This document shows, one piece after another, positions 38,056 to 52,959 of a stretch of DNA of 64,000 nucleotides. Position numbers and translations under genes: made by a program. The stretch spans positions 117,056,001 through 117,120,000 of the forward strand of contig OZ024740.1 of the NCBI GenBank assembly GCA_964016885.1, given 5' to 3'. Each line of letters starts with the position of its first letter. The first letter of the stretch is position 1. The DNA is from Eledone cirrhosa. Lineage: Eukaryota. The notes below the pieces were generated by a model. It worked only from the letters and a program-made list of their open reading frames with translations. It was not told where the DNA came from and did no database searches.

Positions 38056-41050
38056 GTGTATATATACAATATATTAATAAATGGAAACTATATTTATAAA
38101 ACCATATTTATTTTATTATATATAGATATAATCTGAAGGATGAGGTTGTAGGTGGTTGGATATAGAAAGCATTATGTAAAGGAGATTAACCATATATTAC
38201 ATTTTATATATATATCTAAAAGTTGAGTTTAAACGATGTTTACAAGAACTAAATAAATTATTACGCAAATTAATAGAGTTTTTACTTTTTAGTAATCGTA
38301 CCTTTTTAGTAATCGTACCTTTTCAACGAAAAGGGAGCAATTTTTGGATAGAGCTGTGTATGATGGAGCTTTGGAGATAATTTCCCAAGATAAAGAATAG
38401 TTAATATTCTTGGATTTTAAGTTCCATAATAAGTTGGATAGAGAAGTTGAAGATTTTTTACCAATATTCGTAAAGGAACATTTATGGTTATTGAAACGAG
38501 ATTTGAAGTCTGTGGAAGTAGAGCCGACATAGTTAAAGGAATTTTCATTGGTTTTGACATTACAATTGTATACTATATTTTTACTAAACAGTATTGGGAG
38601 CCGTAACATTACATTGGATATTTCTAGAGGTATTAATGCTATTCTGGTTAGGTTTTAAGTTTCTATTATTAATTCTATTAATATTCTGCGCTAAATTCAT
38701 AGTGGTGGAATATGAGAGTTTAATAGTATATCTATTAAAGATTGAGTAATATCTGTGTGTCTTAGGAAAACACTTATCTAGAGCTTTAAAAAATAATTTA
38801 GCTATTGGAGTTTTAATACTTAATGAGAAAGGGGGAGCGAACCATAATATATTTCTAGTTCTATCTCTTCTTTTGATTTTCGAGTTAGTGCAAGGTTTCC
38901 TATTATAATTATATTTATAGTTATGGTTAATTGGCACATCCTTATTATCAATGTATTTAATTTCATTACTATAGCCTGCTCTACTTAACGCTTCGTTATA
39001 ATAGTGTGCCTTATCTTCAAATATATTTTTATTCGCTGAAATTCTAGAAATGCGTTGCTGCACAAAATTTACAATAGTGTTTTTAACGGATCTGGGGTGA
39101 TTGGAATTAAAGTTAACATAGTTTAAATTCTCATTGATTTTATGAAATGGATAATAAGGTTTAAAGTTACATCTAAAAAATTAACTATTTTATAATTATT
39201 CTCTACTTCTACTTTAAGATTAACGCTATTAAAAAAATTGTATAATTTCTTTTCTTTTCCTATTTATTTCACAATTATTATTATTTTCAATAAGCAATAG
39301 CATATCGTCACGATATAAACCACCGGTCATCTCTGGTATTTTCCTATGTAAAGTATTGTTAATAAAAAGCCCCACAAAATCCGTTAATTGCACCGAGTCC
39401 GATGACCCATAGTGATATCGAAATTGTTATCCCTATCTGCTCTAGTCCAAAGGTGGTTGCTAAATTTAATTAACGTTTTACGTGCAGTTAAGATAATGTG
39501 CATTTCATTGCTAGATAAAATAAATCAGTATATTTAAATGCATATGAAAGGGTTTTATTAAGTAAATTAGGAGTGATAGATGAGTAATAATTAGCAATAT
39601 CCAATTGAATGAATTTATTGTTATGCTTATATTTAATGTCCTTAAACCAGTCAATAACTTCAATAGTCCCATTCCATAATTTTAATTTTAAATAAGATAT
39701 TTCCTTAAGTTGTGGTATGATTCTATCTAAAATATTCTTGCTAAGTATGCCATGTCCGATTTAGATGGTGCAATCAGTCTAACTGGTAATTCAATTTCAA
39801 AATTTCTTTTATGGTCCTTCAAATTCATTTTTGGTTTCCTAGGTATGAAGGGTTGAGTCCTATTTTCGATGCCTAATTCCTGCATTATATAAGAAGCTTC
39901 AGTATTTAGTCGTTCAAGGTCATCATTGGTTGCTCTTTTGTAACTTTTCCTTAATTCTTATAAAATAACATATGGTTTATGTTTTAATTATATTCTTAAG
40001 ATAACATTTTTTAACTTTATAACATTTATGACTTCTCATAAAAAGTTTTTTTGAAAGTTTTTTTTATGTATCCTTGGAGTCATTTGAGTTCTTAAAAAAT
40101 CACTTCTAACTTCCTTTATACTTCCCTACTATTTTTATAATATAATTATGTAGTTATTCCTTTGTAACTTTTCATAAATTTAGAATTATTTGGACGTTTA
40201 AGTTTTGACTTACAACTATTAATAAATATAATTTTGCCAAACTTACTTTAATAAAATAAACTATACTAGATTTTCTCTAATGTAAAATACTATATATTTA
40301 TTTAAATAATTTATAATCCATAACATACACATCTAAACCAATATATTATTACTAATACATCTTAATATAATATAAATACTTCTGTTTTAATTTTAATTTT
40401 TAATTTTTAATATTAATATTAAATAAAATGTTTAATATTAAGGTAAATTTTAATCTTAAATTTTGATTTTTAATTTTTAATTTTTAATTTTTAATTTTTA
40501 ATTTTTAATTTTTAATTTTAATTAAATTTTTCAACTTATCACTATAAATATTATATTCTGAACGTAATGAACCCTACATTCTAAATATTATTCTTCCACG
40601 TTAATCTTATTTCTTCTTTCACTTCTTCTTTCACTTAGATATATTTACGCTCTGTATATTTTTCCATTAAAATTTATTTCTTCGTTTACTCTGACTATCT
40701 TCACTATCACTATGTATAATCGTTCTTTCTTTCCTCTTCTCTCTTTCTCCTTCCTTTTCTTTTCTCGCTCCCTTACATATCATCTTCTTCCAACAGTTTA
40801 ATTTCGGACACTCATTTACATACTCACTCATAACTTTGTATTACCCTCAATAAAATATTATCTCCCCTATCAAGGAAGCTCCAACCGTTAAGGTTGTCTT
40901 TTTTCCGGGTATATCAATATTTATTTATAAAACAAATCTGTATTTTATCTGATGAAAGCTCACCGTAATTTGCCTTGTTTGCCCTTGAAATATATATAAT
41001 AAAATAAATATGGTTTTATAAATATAGTTTCTATTTATTAATATATTGTG
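38056..41050 (-). mobile_element. Decayed Penelope-like retroelement (RT + C-terminal GIY-YIG) with inverted 5' pseudo-LTR copy
   Basis: Minus-strand motifs KDHKENF..PVRLIAP (~39770-39825), FIQLDIANYYSSI, GSSDSVQLTDFVG, GLYRDDML (~39300-39325), WFAPPFS, and IVYNC..YVGSTSTDFKSRFNNHKCSF. 38057-38122 is the inverted repeat of 40991-41048. Confidence 0.9.
40941..41006 (+). ncRNA. Type-I hammerhead in the inverted pseudo-LTR of the PLE
   Basis: TATTTTAT|CTGATGA|AAG...CTT|GAAA-TATATATA|ATAAAATA: perfect 8-bp stem I. Confidence 0.75.
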
Positions 41051-41670
41051 TATTTACTCCACTAACTTGTTGAGTGCCTTATATCAGTTATAAACATTTT
41101 AAAGCTTTTTGAATCCCAACAAATTAAATATAGCCTCTGCTTATATATATATATATATACAAATATAATTTCAGCGAGATCGGCTGTGGTCTCAAACAAA
41201 GCGAAACGCAATATCCGAGTTATGCTGGCAAGCGCTCCATGGACCAAATAAAAACCAGAGCAATAAACATAAGTTATAAAGACCAAACAAATTGAGATAG
41301 CGCTCAAGAAGCCACCAACCACCTAAGCCAAAAGGACGAGGCAAGCCAAAGAGGTCAAACAAAATAATTGAATAATTACCCGGACCCTGGAAAAGATGGT
41401 ATAATCCAGTAAAATCAATTATACTGACACCTAAATCAATTATACTGCCTGCTTAAATAATAAGCTTTTGGTATAATATATCCCTTCCATATACTGTACA
41501 AGGCTGTCACTTCGTCAGCAGGTATTTTCTTATACGCCAGCATACAGGATCACGCAGTGGTATGTAGTAGTAAACCCACGTGTGTAACCCTGCAAGGGAG
41601 AAAACCCCAGATTTTGGCAGATGAATTTAGTAAGTGTAACATTAATGCAATAATTGCAATAATTGCAAAA

Positions 41671-41832
<162 letters not shown>

Positions 41833-41904
41833 ATATAAATGAAGTAATTCCGTCGGAAAGGTCCAGGTTTTTAAAATCCAATGTCAATAAATACACCACG
41901 ATTT

Positions 41905-41965
41905 TTTCATTCTGATGATTGGAAGCAAAATTTGTTTGCTTTCATGAAAACACTGGTAAATGAAA
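41905..41965 (+). ncRNA. Type-I hammerhead with one stem III defect
   Basis: TTTCATT|CTGATGA|T-TGGAAGCAAA-ATTTG-TTTGCTTTCA-T|GAAA-ACACTG-GTA|AATGAAA: 7-bp stem I, 10-bp stem II. Confidence 0.75.
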
Positions 41966-41986
41966 TAATTGCCATATGTTGTTTAT

Positions 41987-42024
<38 letters not shown>

Positions 42025-42030
<6 letters not shown>

Positions 42031-42155
42031 GGAAGTGTGATAAGGAACCAAGTAGACCATAACGCACCAGAGTACTCGATACTTTGGGTAGTAGAGTGGA
42101 TAATAGGAAAAGGTACAGTACCCCGACGGCAGAGCTCAACCCGTTTCGACGGTGT
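42025..42155. mobile_element. 'Palindrome + tail' element, truncated (tail plus part of one arm)
   Basis: Homology to 18951 and 51690. Confidence 0.8.
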
Positions 42156-42290
42156 ACCTCTATTACGCAATTTAAACTTGAAGATGTCACCGGATTATTA
42201 CGCAATTATTATTGAAATGTGCAGAGTTTGCAAAGTAAATAATTAAGGAAATTCAACATATTTGGCCTCCTGTCATGTAACTTTATAAAA

Positions 42291-42321
<31 letters not shown>

Positions 42322-42577
42322 TGTATGTATGTATGTATGTATGTATGTATGTATGTATGTATGTATGTATGTATGTACACACAGGGCGGAAGAACTCATA
42401 AGAGAAACTGGGATAACTCCGATATAAAACCTGCGGCTCAGTAGTTACCGATGATGTTGATCTTTTCTTCTTTTCGGGATATAGCTACTGTCGCTCAGAG
42501 AGTGAAATTGGCTTAGTGCAGTCTTTCCTCACTTTAAAAAATATCTTCACGCACAGGCATTGCACGATAGAATTAAT

Positions 42578-42759
42578 TAATTGTTTCTACTTTAGGCACA
42601 AGGCCAGAAATTACCCAGTACATTACTAGTACTTTATTTTATCGACCCCGTAAGGATGAAAGGCAAAGTTAACCTCGGCGGGATTTGAACTCAAACTGTA
42701 AAGGGACGTAACTATGATAGAACGCATGGCGTCGAACCCTCTACCCAAACTGCCAATTC
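42578..42759 (-). mobile_element. tRNA-derived SINE
   Basis: Reverse-complement match to the consensus. Confidence 0.9.
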
Positions 42760-42845
42760 ATATTAATAATGGTATATCGTGCAATGGACATACTCGATAA
42801 CGAGGGGGCAGCCATCATGTATGTATGTATATATATATATATATA

Positions 42846-42932
<87 letters not shown>

Positions 42933-43849
42933 AACGCTTGGTATTGTAGGAAAAGAATCTTAACATTTCGAACGATCGAATGAGAGGTAGAAGTAAAAAA
43001 TATAAGGATTGACGAGACTAAGTAAAAGAAAATATATTTATGAAACAAGGAAAAAAATCAGGAAAAACTAGGCAGAATTTGTGTATTCCATCTTTGACAT
43101 ATGTTTCTGTACAATTACGTAACAGTCTACATCCACTGACTACGTTATATGTTACTAGCAGAAAAACCACCCTTCGGGTGGTTTTCTGCTAGCATGTGTA
43201 GTGTGTATATTGATATTATACGGAAGTATATATACATGTAGATATGATACGTCAAATAAAATCGTAATTGACAATATACACAGAAATTGAACGAAGACTG
43301 TGTTACACTGTCTTGTGTAATCAGTAGCGTAATCCATGATACATTAAAAAAAGACGATATTATATATAAACTGCATTAGGAGAAAATTAGTGACAGATTA
43401 TTAATATGTTTATTTAAGGGATCGCCACCGGAAGTGTTGACATTTGAAAATTTTAAAGAACTGAATCATGAAATAAATAATAAAATATATTTAATGAACA
43501 GCCACGAAATTTAGTAGATAAATTATGTAATATTCATTCATTATTTATTCAAAGTAATTCAATTTATATTTCAAAAGGGATAAAAAAAATAAACCGTACG
43601 CAATCCCGCAGACCTTCCTTTATTATAGTTTAGCTTCATCTGTATGCATTATATATCTAGAATTGCACTTCATTAGAAAGAAAATTAACAGCGAAAAAAT
43701 GTTGGTTATAATCTTAGTCGTGAGTTGCGTATTCTTGCAATAAGCAACACTTACTGGCGACAAAGCTAATGCACAAGTTTCTCTTTCAAATACAGAGAAA
43801 ATCGGAATCAAAATACAATATATAAATAAGAAAAATAGTGAACGAAAAA

Positions 43850-44830
43850 TAAAAAAATACGTACATGACTTACAATAAGTATACCAAGTATAGATAATAG
43901 ATTTTTATGCGGGGTGAAGGGGTGGAGATTACAGTCCAAATGACCAATGAGAAAATTAGTAGAGTTGTAAGTAGAGGGAGATTTCAAATAGACTATGGCT
44001 GGTCAGGAAACCTATTGTAATCATATAGTGTAGAAGGGAGAGAGAGAGGGGGAATAGTAAAGAGAAAAAGACAACGAAATGACAAGAAAAGATTTCATTG
44101 AAAGGCTATAAATTTAATTCAGGGGCAAAACTTTTTTTTTATTTATTTCAATAGAAACCAATAACAGAGGAGACAAGTGGGCGCCAAGACGAATAAAGGC
44201 GGCGAGAAGGAGAGTGGTAAAAGGGGTGAGTAATTAAGGTAGAATGGATACAGAGACACGTGATCCAATCCTATGCTAGGCAGGGTGATATTTACCGAAA
44301 CTTTTTAATGCTTCGAGAATTCAATAGATCTGATCCAGTCATAATCTCTAACATTTCCTTTACACAAAGATTGTAGGAGCGTCTTTTGTTATGTTAGGCG
44401 GTCGAATCGTAACACTGACCAATAAAGTGTTTAGTCAATATTATCTTGTTTTAAATCCAAGATTTTTGTGGCTTGGGCAGTTGATTTACGTAGGTCGGGA
44501 TTTTTGAATGAATGGGGCTGTTTTTATACATACATTTTTTATGTAAAGGACATTTATAAGGTTGCCTGCAGTTGTAGTGTGTATATGCAAAATGTAATGG
44601 GTCATCATTTGTTCTTACATTTGGGGTGGTATTCACGATATGAGGATGTTGGGGTGGACTCACACGTATGCTGTTCGATCCATCAAAATGGTTGGGCGTA
44701 TCCCTGCCAATATAGGATGTTTGGCAGATCATCGGTTAGTAGTCTTAATAGTGGAGTTTAATACATGTTCGAGTTCATGTTGGTTGTTTTTGTTATACTC
44801 CCAGAGGCGTTTATCTATTCTCATGAGGAG
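43850..44830 (-). mobile_element. Second PLE 3' fragment (GIY-YIG remnant and 3' region)
   Basis: CQTSYIGR.T and YNLCVKEMLEIM...LLNSRS, matching the PLE endonuclease C-terminus. Heavily decayed; the left boundary is approximate. Confidence 0.6.
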
Positions 44831-44848
44831 GCTACTAAGGTTCGCTGT

Positions 44849-44957
<109 letters not shown>

Positions 44958-45329
44958 TTTCTTTCATTTCTTACTTCTATCTACATTCTTATTTTTTCTC
45001 TTTCTCATTCTATCTTCCAATGACAGACTAAAGTCCACTTCGTTAAGAAGCTTTACCTAATGTATTAATCTTTGTCTATGTACTATCTTTTTATTGCATT
45101 GTTCTCGTGTAGTTTTTTCTTTTTCTCCTATATATATATATATTTATATGATTCCAGGAAAGTCAACCAGGAATCTTTAAAAATCTCCCCACCGAAGTTA
45201 ACAAAGAACTTACTAGATCTACAAAACCAAATTGTAAAATGATGATATTATAAAATTAAATTAAATTGTTTAGAACTACAAGGAAGTCATTCTTTTCCTT
45301 TTTTTAAATATATATATAAACAATGCCAA

Positions 45330-45930
45330 TTTCCAACTCACAATCTACAACCAGCAAATTGTTCAAGTTACGGAGGTTGAATATCTCGGTCACAAACTAT
45401 CATCAAACAACAATGGAATGGTTGCTGCGCAATATCGAATCGCTCTAGGTTGGGCAGCTTTCAACAAGAACAAGGAAGTACTAACATCAAAACTAGTTTC
45501 CTACCATTTGAAGGCAAAGGAATTTGATATTTACATCCTACCAGTTATGTTATATGGTCTTGACTGTGTTAATTTGACGACAAGGTCACTTCAAATGCTC
45601 TCTACATTCCAGAACCACATCATGAGACTTATGACTGGCAAGTGGCTCAGCGACCGTATCTGTATCAGTGAGCTGCTCAACATTCCCAAACTTAGACCAA
45701 TTAAATCAATTAACAAGTCAAGAGTACTCAAACTATACAGCCATATAAAGAGATCAACTCGTGGCGTGAGTCGGTTATGCCTGGAAGGAAGGTCGGTTGG
45801 TAAGAGAAGGAGAGGCTGGCAGCCAAAACGATGGCTTCATAATGTCAACCTTTAAACTGGACTTGATCTTTGCTCTTTGAACTCTGCTGTTGGTAATCGA
45901 ACTTTGAGGAGAAAAAATCTCATGTTGATG
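45330..45930 (+). mobile_element. RTE-clade LINE C-terminal fragment
   Basis: EYLGHKLS, RIALGWAAF, FDIYILPVMLYG, LEGRSVGKRRRGWQPKRW. Confidence 0.8.
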
Positions 45931-45969
45931 CGCAGTCTGCAACTGGCGGAGTTTAGCATCAAAGTAGTA

Positions 45970-46048
<79 letters not shown>

Positions 46049-46051
<3 letters not shown>

Positions 46052-46203
46052 CGTTTTTGAATTTGTTTAGCAAGATTCTTTATCTGAAATCGTGTGTTGA
46101 AACCGATATTGTTATACTTTGGGAGGGTCATGTTGCCAATAAGAAACACACGCACCTGGTGGTGCGTGTGTTTCTTATTGGCAACATGACCCTCCCAAAG
46201 TAT

Positions 46204-46211
<8 letters not shown>
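46049..46211. mobile_element. (TA)n-inserted tail + perfect terminal palindrome
   Basis: 51-bp perfect arms at 46106-46156 and 46161-46211 with loop TGGT; (TA)n on both sides. Confidence 0.85.
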
Positions 46212-46256
<45 letters not shown>

Positions 46257-46693
46257 GAGGGTTTTTTCTCTGTGTGTCTGTGTGTGCGTGTGGGCGTGTG
46301 TTTGTATGTGTGTCTGTGTATTTAAAGGAAAGTCAAAGTCACTCAGTGTTTTATAGTATCTTTGTGTTACTCCATGCACGTTTCAGTGATGTGGAGAAGC
46401 AATCCATAATCAATAATTAATTATTTGATTCCAGTCTTCACTTTATCAGGAATAGTATGGGTAAAGGTAAAAGAGTCCTCTAGAGTGCAGAATTAAAAAT
46501 AAAATAAAAGTAAATTGTACAAAAAAAAGTAAAAACATTCACTTATTTTTAAACAGACAGTGTAAGACAAAACCTATTATATTAGGCTTTTTACTTATTT
46601 TTATTTTATTCTTTAATTATCCCCCCACCCCGCTATATGGAACTCTTTTAACTTCACCCTCATAATAAAATATGTTAAAAACCTTTGGTTTGC

Positions 46694-46735
<42 letters not shown>

Positions 46736-46752
46736 AAATCATATACTATTAA

Positions 46753-47563
46753 TCTCTATATATAAAACTGTGGTTGTCTGTCTGTCTATCGATTTTTGGC
46801 ACACATCTCCTCTTAGAATCTCTCACGGAATTGCACCGAAATTGCTAGACTTGTACATTCAGCCCTAGCGAAGACATCGGAAAAAAAAAATTTCAAATTG
46901 ACCCACCCTATGTGACGAAATCGAATATAATGTATCGATTTTTGAGCGTAAGTTATCAGTTATTTCCCTTTGTTCTGTTTACATTGAGCGTCTTACGTAA
47001 AAAATTACGCTGGCTTTCTCAGCGTTTAAAATGACATTAACACAACACACGAACATTCGAACACTAAGCTTCCGTTTTGCTTCATTTCCATTTAAAAGCA
47101 TTTTAAAACAATATTTTTACTTGAAAACAAGTCTATTTAAAGACTACGTAAAACAAGCAAATATTTCAGGCGTGCAGACAGACAGTCATGCAGAGAGGTG
47201 ATATAGGCGTGCAGACAGACAGTCGTGCAGAGAGGTGATATAGGCGTGCAGACAGACATAACGGATAATTTGGTTACGCTAATGTTTTTCTCTGCGTTGC
47301 AGTGTTTACATTTTCGATCTTTGTTAATAAATAACCAGTGCAGTTTCTATCCCCAGCATCCTCTTTTGTTATAACATTCGGGTTATCGTTATGTTTTCTT
47401 AACTTCATAAGGCATATTGTTGGTTGAGGGAATATTAATCAAAAACACCACATGCAAGTCTGCACTGTAGACACTACAGTTTTTAAGCCAAGAAAGAAAC
47501 TTAACATTGTAACTTTAACACAGCCACTGAGCGACCCCGAGCAACGCCGGGCTTTACTGCTAG
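46753..47563 (+). mobile_element. Non-autonomous Helitron
   Basis: 5' A|TCTCTATATATAAAA with (GTCT)n; 3' hairpin CCCGAGCAACGCCGGG then CTAG|T; internal ~38-bp tandem repeats at 47168-47257. Confidence 0.88.
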
Positions 47564-47580
47564 TATATATATAAAACAAA

Positions 47581-47835
<255 letters not shown>

Positions 47836-48050
47836 CAGATTAGAGTCTAAGCAAAGAATCGCTGCTTTCACTCTTAACGTGATCTTCTGAAACTAAAAAA
47901 ATCAATCTGTGAACGCAGAAGTAAATCATTCTTTGCTTAAACTTTAATCTGTTATTTTAATAAATATTTGCAGTAGGTTTCTTATATATTTGATATATAT
48001 TTATCCTTATCGAGCCCTCTTTGGATTTTAGTCTTCACATTTATTATTAT

Positions 48051-48084
<34 letters not shown>

Positions 48085-48222
48085 TTCTACACGCTACAGT
48101 CTTCTACACGCCACGCATCTCAACGTACACCCACTTACATCTCTCTCTACACCACCGGATCTTGTTACCCGGAGATTTACCCATCTGCATTGTCGAGACT
48201 TCCACACGACTTAAAGAAATTT
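48085..48222. repeat. Dispersed repeat shared in inverted orientation with 60523-60640
   Basis: CCACCGGATCTTGTTACCC(G/A)GAGATTTACCCATCTGCATTGT is present in both copies. Confidence 0.85.
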
Positions 48223-48264
48223 ATCTTATTATTCCACAATGATTCACGCAAACTTCAATACTCT

Positions 48265-48311
<47 letters not shown>

Positions 48312-48315
<4 letters not shown>

Positions 48316-48500
48316 TGTGAGAAAAACCACAAACCCTCCATCTCAATTCTACTTTTGAAAAGAACAAGAACTGCGAAACCGGTAAAGGATCCAAATAAAT
48401 ATATTTAAAATAAAGAGAGTCTAGTTGCATTTTCGATTTCATCTTTTTTCTTTATACTTTCACTCGTGTAGGACACCTCGTTTTTTTTTTTATTTTGTAC
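48312..48500 (+). mobile_element. Second copy of the 14-255 element, without the fold-back; hammerhead-like motif at 48352-48387
   Basis: Direct alignment by eye; begins immediately after (TA)n. Confidence 0.8.
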
Positions 48501-48929
48501 AGAGAGAGAGATAACAGAGTTTAAATATATTAGAGACAGTTGGGGCCCGACGTCTGAGCTCTTGCCGTTTCGACAGCTAATTCAAGACAGTGAAATAACT
48601 ACCTGCTGTGAAAGAGTTGTCTCATCTGGGGCGTGACTTAAGGGCTTAGCGTGTCGGTGGAGAAAAGAGCATTGGCTTTTTAAAGGCCATTAATAACGTT
48701 TCTAGAATCAATTGTTAAGTTTTTTTCAATATTGGGAGTGGTTGTGTGTATGAGTGTACGTCTGCGCAGATATGTGTGTTTGTATGTTTTCATATCTGCA
48801 CTTAAATATCCATGTATACATGTAGATACACGCCCCCCCCCCCCCCCACCACACACACCCTCACACCCCACCCCACACACCCACATACCCACATACACAC
48901 ACACACACATATATATATATATATGCATG

Positions 48930-48960
<31 letters not shown>

Positions 48961-49549
48961 GCATACATGGGTACTTATGCGCAAATGTTCATAGAAACCC
49001 GCATGTACATACATACCAACACACATGCACACTCGGTCATATACATATTTATGTGTATGTAATATATAAGTAAATATAAAACCAAATACATTTATATAAT
49101 AACTGAAGCACTATACTTCAGTTACTACCTGCCTAGCTATAAGTCTATAAGTTAAACTGAAATAAATATATATTACATACATTATATTTTGATTTCATTT
49201 TACTTGAATTTCTTCGTTTGGAGTTATTTCAGGACTGTGCATTTATTGAAACATTAAATACTCCTCTTCATTCTCTCTTTCTTCCTTTCCTTTTTACTCT
49301 CTCTTTTCCTTCATTTATTTATTTATTTATTTATTTATTATCTGTTTTTAATTTTCTTCTTTGATTTTTGTTAATTTTTTCGTCACACATTACGAACATT
49401 GAAACGACTTCCACATGCTATGGAAGCACCAATATTTTACAAGGGCGCTTCAAAAAATTTCCGACCGAAGCATTGAATGTACTCATCTGTATAATCTGTA
49501 TTGCAGATATTTTCTTCAAAAGCGAATTGGAATTATATAGGTACACGCA

Positions 49550-49610
<61 letters not shown>

Positions 49611-49639
49611 TATATATATATATGTATATATATATATGA

Positions 49640-49678
<39 letters not shown>

Positions 49679-49796
49679 AATGTATATGTATGTGTATATA
49701 TATATATACAGGAGTATATGTACATGTAAAATGTATATATATGTTTATATGTATATATATATATATATATAATATATATATATATTTATATATATG

Positions 49797-49862
<66 letters not shown>

Positions 49863-50913
49863 TATATATATGTGTGTGAGTGTGTGGTGTGTATGTGTGT
49901 ATCTTACTCACACATATATGTATATATTCCCACTTCCCATATATATGAATATGTGTGTGTGTGTATGTATGTGTGTGTGTCAGTGTCTGTACTTGTGTGT
50001 ATGTATGTGCATGCGTGCTAAGGAAGTACATATTTGTGAATATGTAAGTGCTGGTGTACGTTTGTAAGACATAAATAAAATAAAATTTGGCAACGGATGG
50101 TTTGATACAGAGATGATGTAAGATATGCAAAGAGCAAAGACAAATTGAAAATAAACATGAGCAAAAGAGAGACTGATATATTGGGTGAGAGAGAGATTGA
50201 GAGATAGAGATATATAGAGAGATAGAGAGAGAGAGCAATAGAGAGAGAGACCGATAGGGTTATATAGAGATATATATATATAGTGAGAGAGTAAGAAAGA
50301 GAGGGAGAAAGATTGTGAGAGAGAGGTGTAGAGATAGATAGATAGAGAGAGAGAGAGTGAAAAAGAGAGAGTAAAAAAGAGAGAGCGAGAAAGAAAGAGA
50401 GAAAAAATATACGAAAAACATTAAATCAAATGGTATATTCAGTCGCTCCTCGTACTCTCTCGCTGAAAAGTAGAAAAGCCGGATTGCTTGCCAAATATGA
50501 TTTATTAGAAGAGTATTTTTGACTGTTTTTGACTTTCGCTATTCCTTGCTATCTTGTTCTTCTCTTTGGACTGTGTGCCACGTATATTTGCTACTCTGTA
50601 AGTTATAGAAAATCTGTTGATAGTTTGTCTGTTTAGGGATTTGGTATTCTTGATTGTTGCATCATTTGATGCGAAACCGACCCAAGTGACAAGGGGCTGG
50701 TCGTTTCCTATGTTTTGCTTCTCGTTCAATCAGAACTATGACGAGACTAGATAGTGAGCTATAAAGAGACGTGTCATTCGTTGAGAACTATACCATATAT
50801 CGGTACCTGCTCTGTAACGTAATATGTATTGAGTACTACTCTGATTTGTGGTCTTCCAGGTCTTCAAATTATGAACACTTCATACACACACACATACACA
50901 CACACACACACAT

Positions 50914-51004
<91 letters not shown>

Positions 51005-51005
<1 letters not shown>

Positions 51006-51470
51006 CTTCTTCTTCTTCTTCTTCTTCTTCTTCTTCTTCTTCTTCTTCTTCTAGCCTTGTCACAGACTATCATTCTAAATTTACCCTTTACCCACTTATT
51101 CCTGAGAGAATCGTGGGGGCAGAATCCTCACACACTTCTAGCGGCTTCTGTCAGAAGCAACCGTTTCCAACTGATCAAGATTGAACAATTCGGAAAAGTA
51201 GCAGCTCGTAGTGGAGCGACGCTCTGATCTCGAAGCTACGCACTCTATCGAGTAACATTGTTTCAAAGTCTCTCTGGTGGAACCTCATTTCGACCGCTTG
51301 TATTCGCGATCTTATTCTTTCGGTAATTACTCCAAAGTTGAGGGTTGGCTCGAATACCGAATTGAAGATAGCGAGTTTGGCTTTTACAACTACCTCCCTT
51401 CTCATTAGAGAATGCTGAAACTGGGGAATTACTACACCGGCTTCACCAATTCTTGCACGGAGAAAGCAGG
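51005..51470 (-). mobile_element. RTE LINE 3' fragment with (GAA)n tail
   Basis: KAKLAIFNSVFEPTL..RSRIQAVEMRF..LLDRVRSFEIR; (TTC)n at 51005-51051. Confidence 0.8.
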
Positions 51471-51522
51471 CTTTGTTAAACCTTAATATTTAACATCAAT
51501 TTTTGTACATGTTATAAAGATC

Positions 51523-51896
<374 letters not shown>

Positions 51897-52189
51897 ATAA
51901 ATATATATATATAAATCACTTGCGCACGCAAACCTTTTGTTTATCATATAACGTGATCTGTATATATACATATAAATGTTAGTTAGGTGTATAACAACAG
52001 TTTAAGGCGGCGCGAGGTTCGAAGCACTCAATGCATTTAAGAGGTCCGTTTCGTTTGGCTTGCATTCCAGTGTTACGGCTGTAGTCGGAGCCACGTCACC
52101 TTTGTTTTCTCCTTAGCTGAACGATAGTGTAACATTTGTAATATGCAAATAGGGTTTGTACATATGCTACAAGACTGGCTTCGACTCTT

Positions 52190-52255
<66 letters not shown>

Positions 52256-52302
52256 GTCTTTTCTCTCACTCACTCTCTCTCTATCTGTCTTCCTCTCTCT
52301 AT

Positions 52303-52405
<103 letters not shown>

Positions 52406-52733
52406 TATACATACGTCAGTGGGTATGAATTTGGTTCTCAGTGTCGAGTGCGTGAATACGTATGTATATATATATATCCAAATGAGCTCGCCAATAATAT
52501 TTATTCTATTTGCAACACCAGACAAACACGTTGCGATCTTAGACTGAGTGATATACGATAGGTTCTGAGTATGTTTCACTAATCTCCTACCCTTATTCAC
52601 CTAGTGTTACTTGTCTTTGATATTAATCGTTTTCATAACACAACCTTCCAACGAAGAATATTTATAAACATTCATCGAATTTGATAATTGCTCACATGTA
52701 TACATACACACATACACACATATACATATATAC

Positions 52734-52795
<62 letters not shown>

Positions 52796-52911
52796 TTTTA
52801 TACTCTCACTCTTTCTACACACACACACACACACACGCGCACACATACACACACACATATATATATATATATACACGTATGGACGCGCGCAAACACAAAC
52901 ACACATGTATG

Positions 52912-52959
<48 letters not shown>

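Noticed and set aside
43155-43192. Bacterial rho-independent terminator or contamination
   Set aside because: Flanks are typical host repeats with no bacterial ORFs; kept only as a hairpin finding.
50640-50690. Hairpin GCATCA-TT-TGATGC followed by GAAACCG as a hammerhead
   Set aside because: No CTGANGA or compensated core and no clear NUH site.
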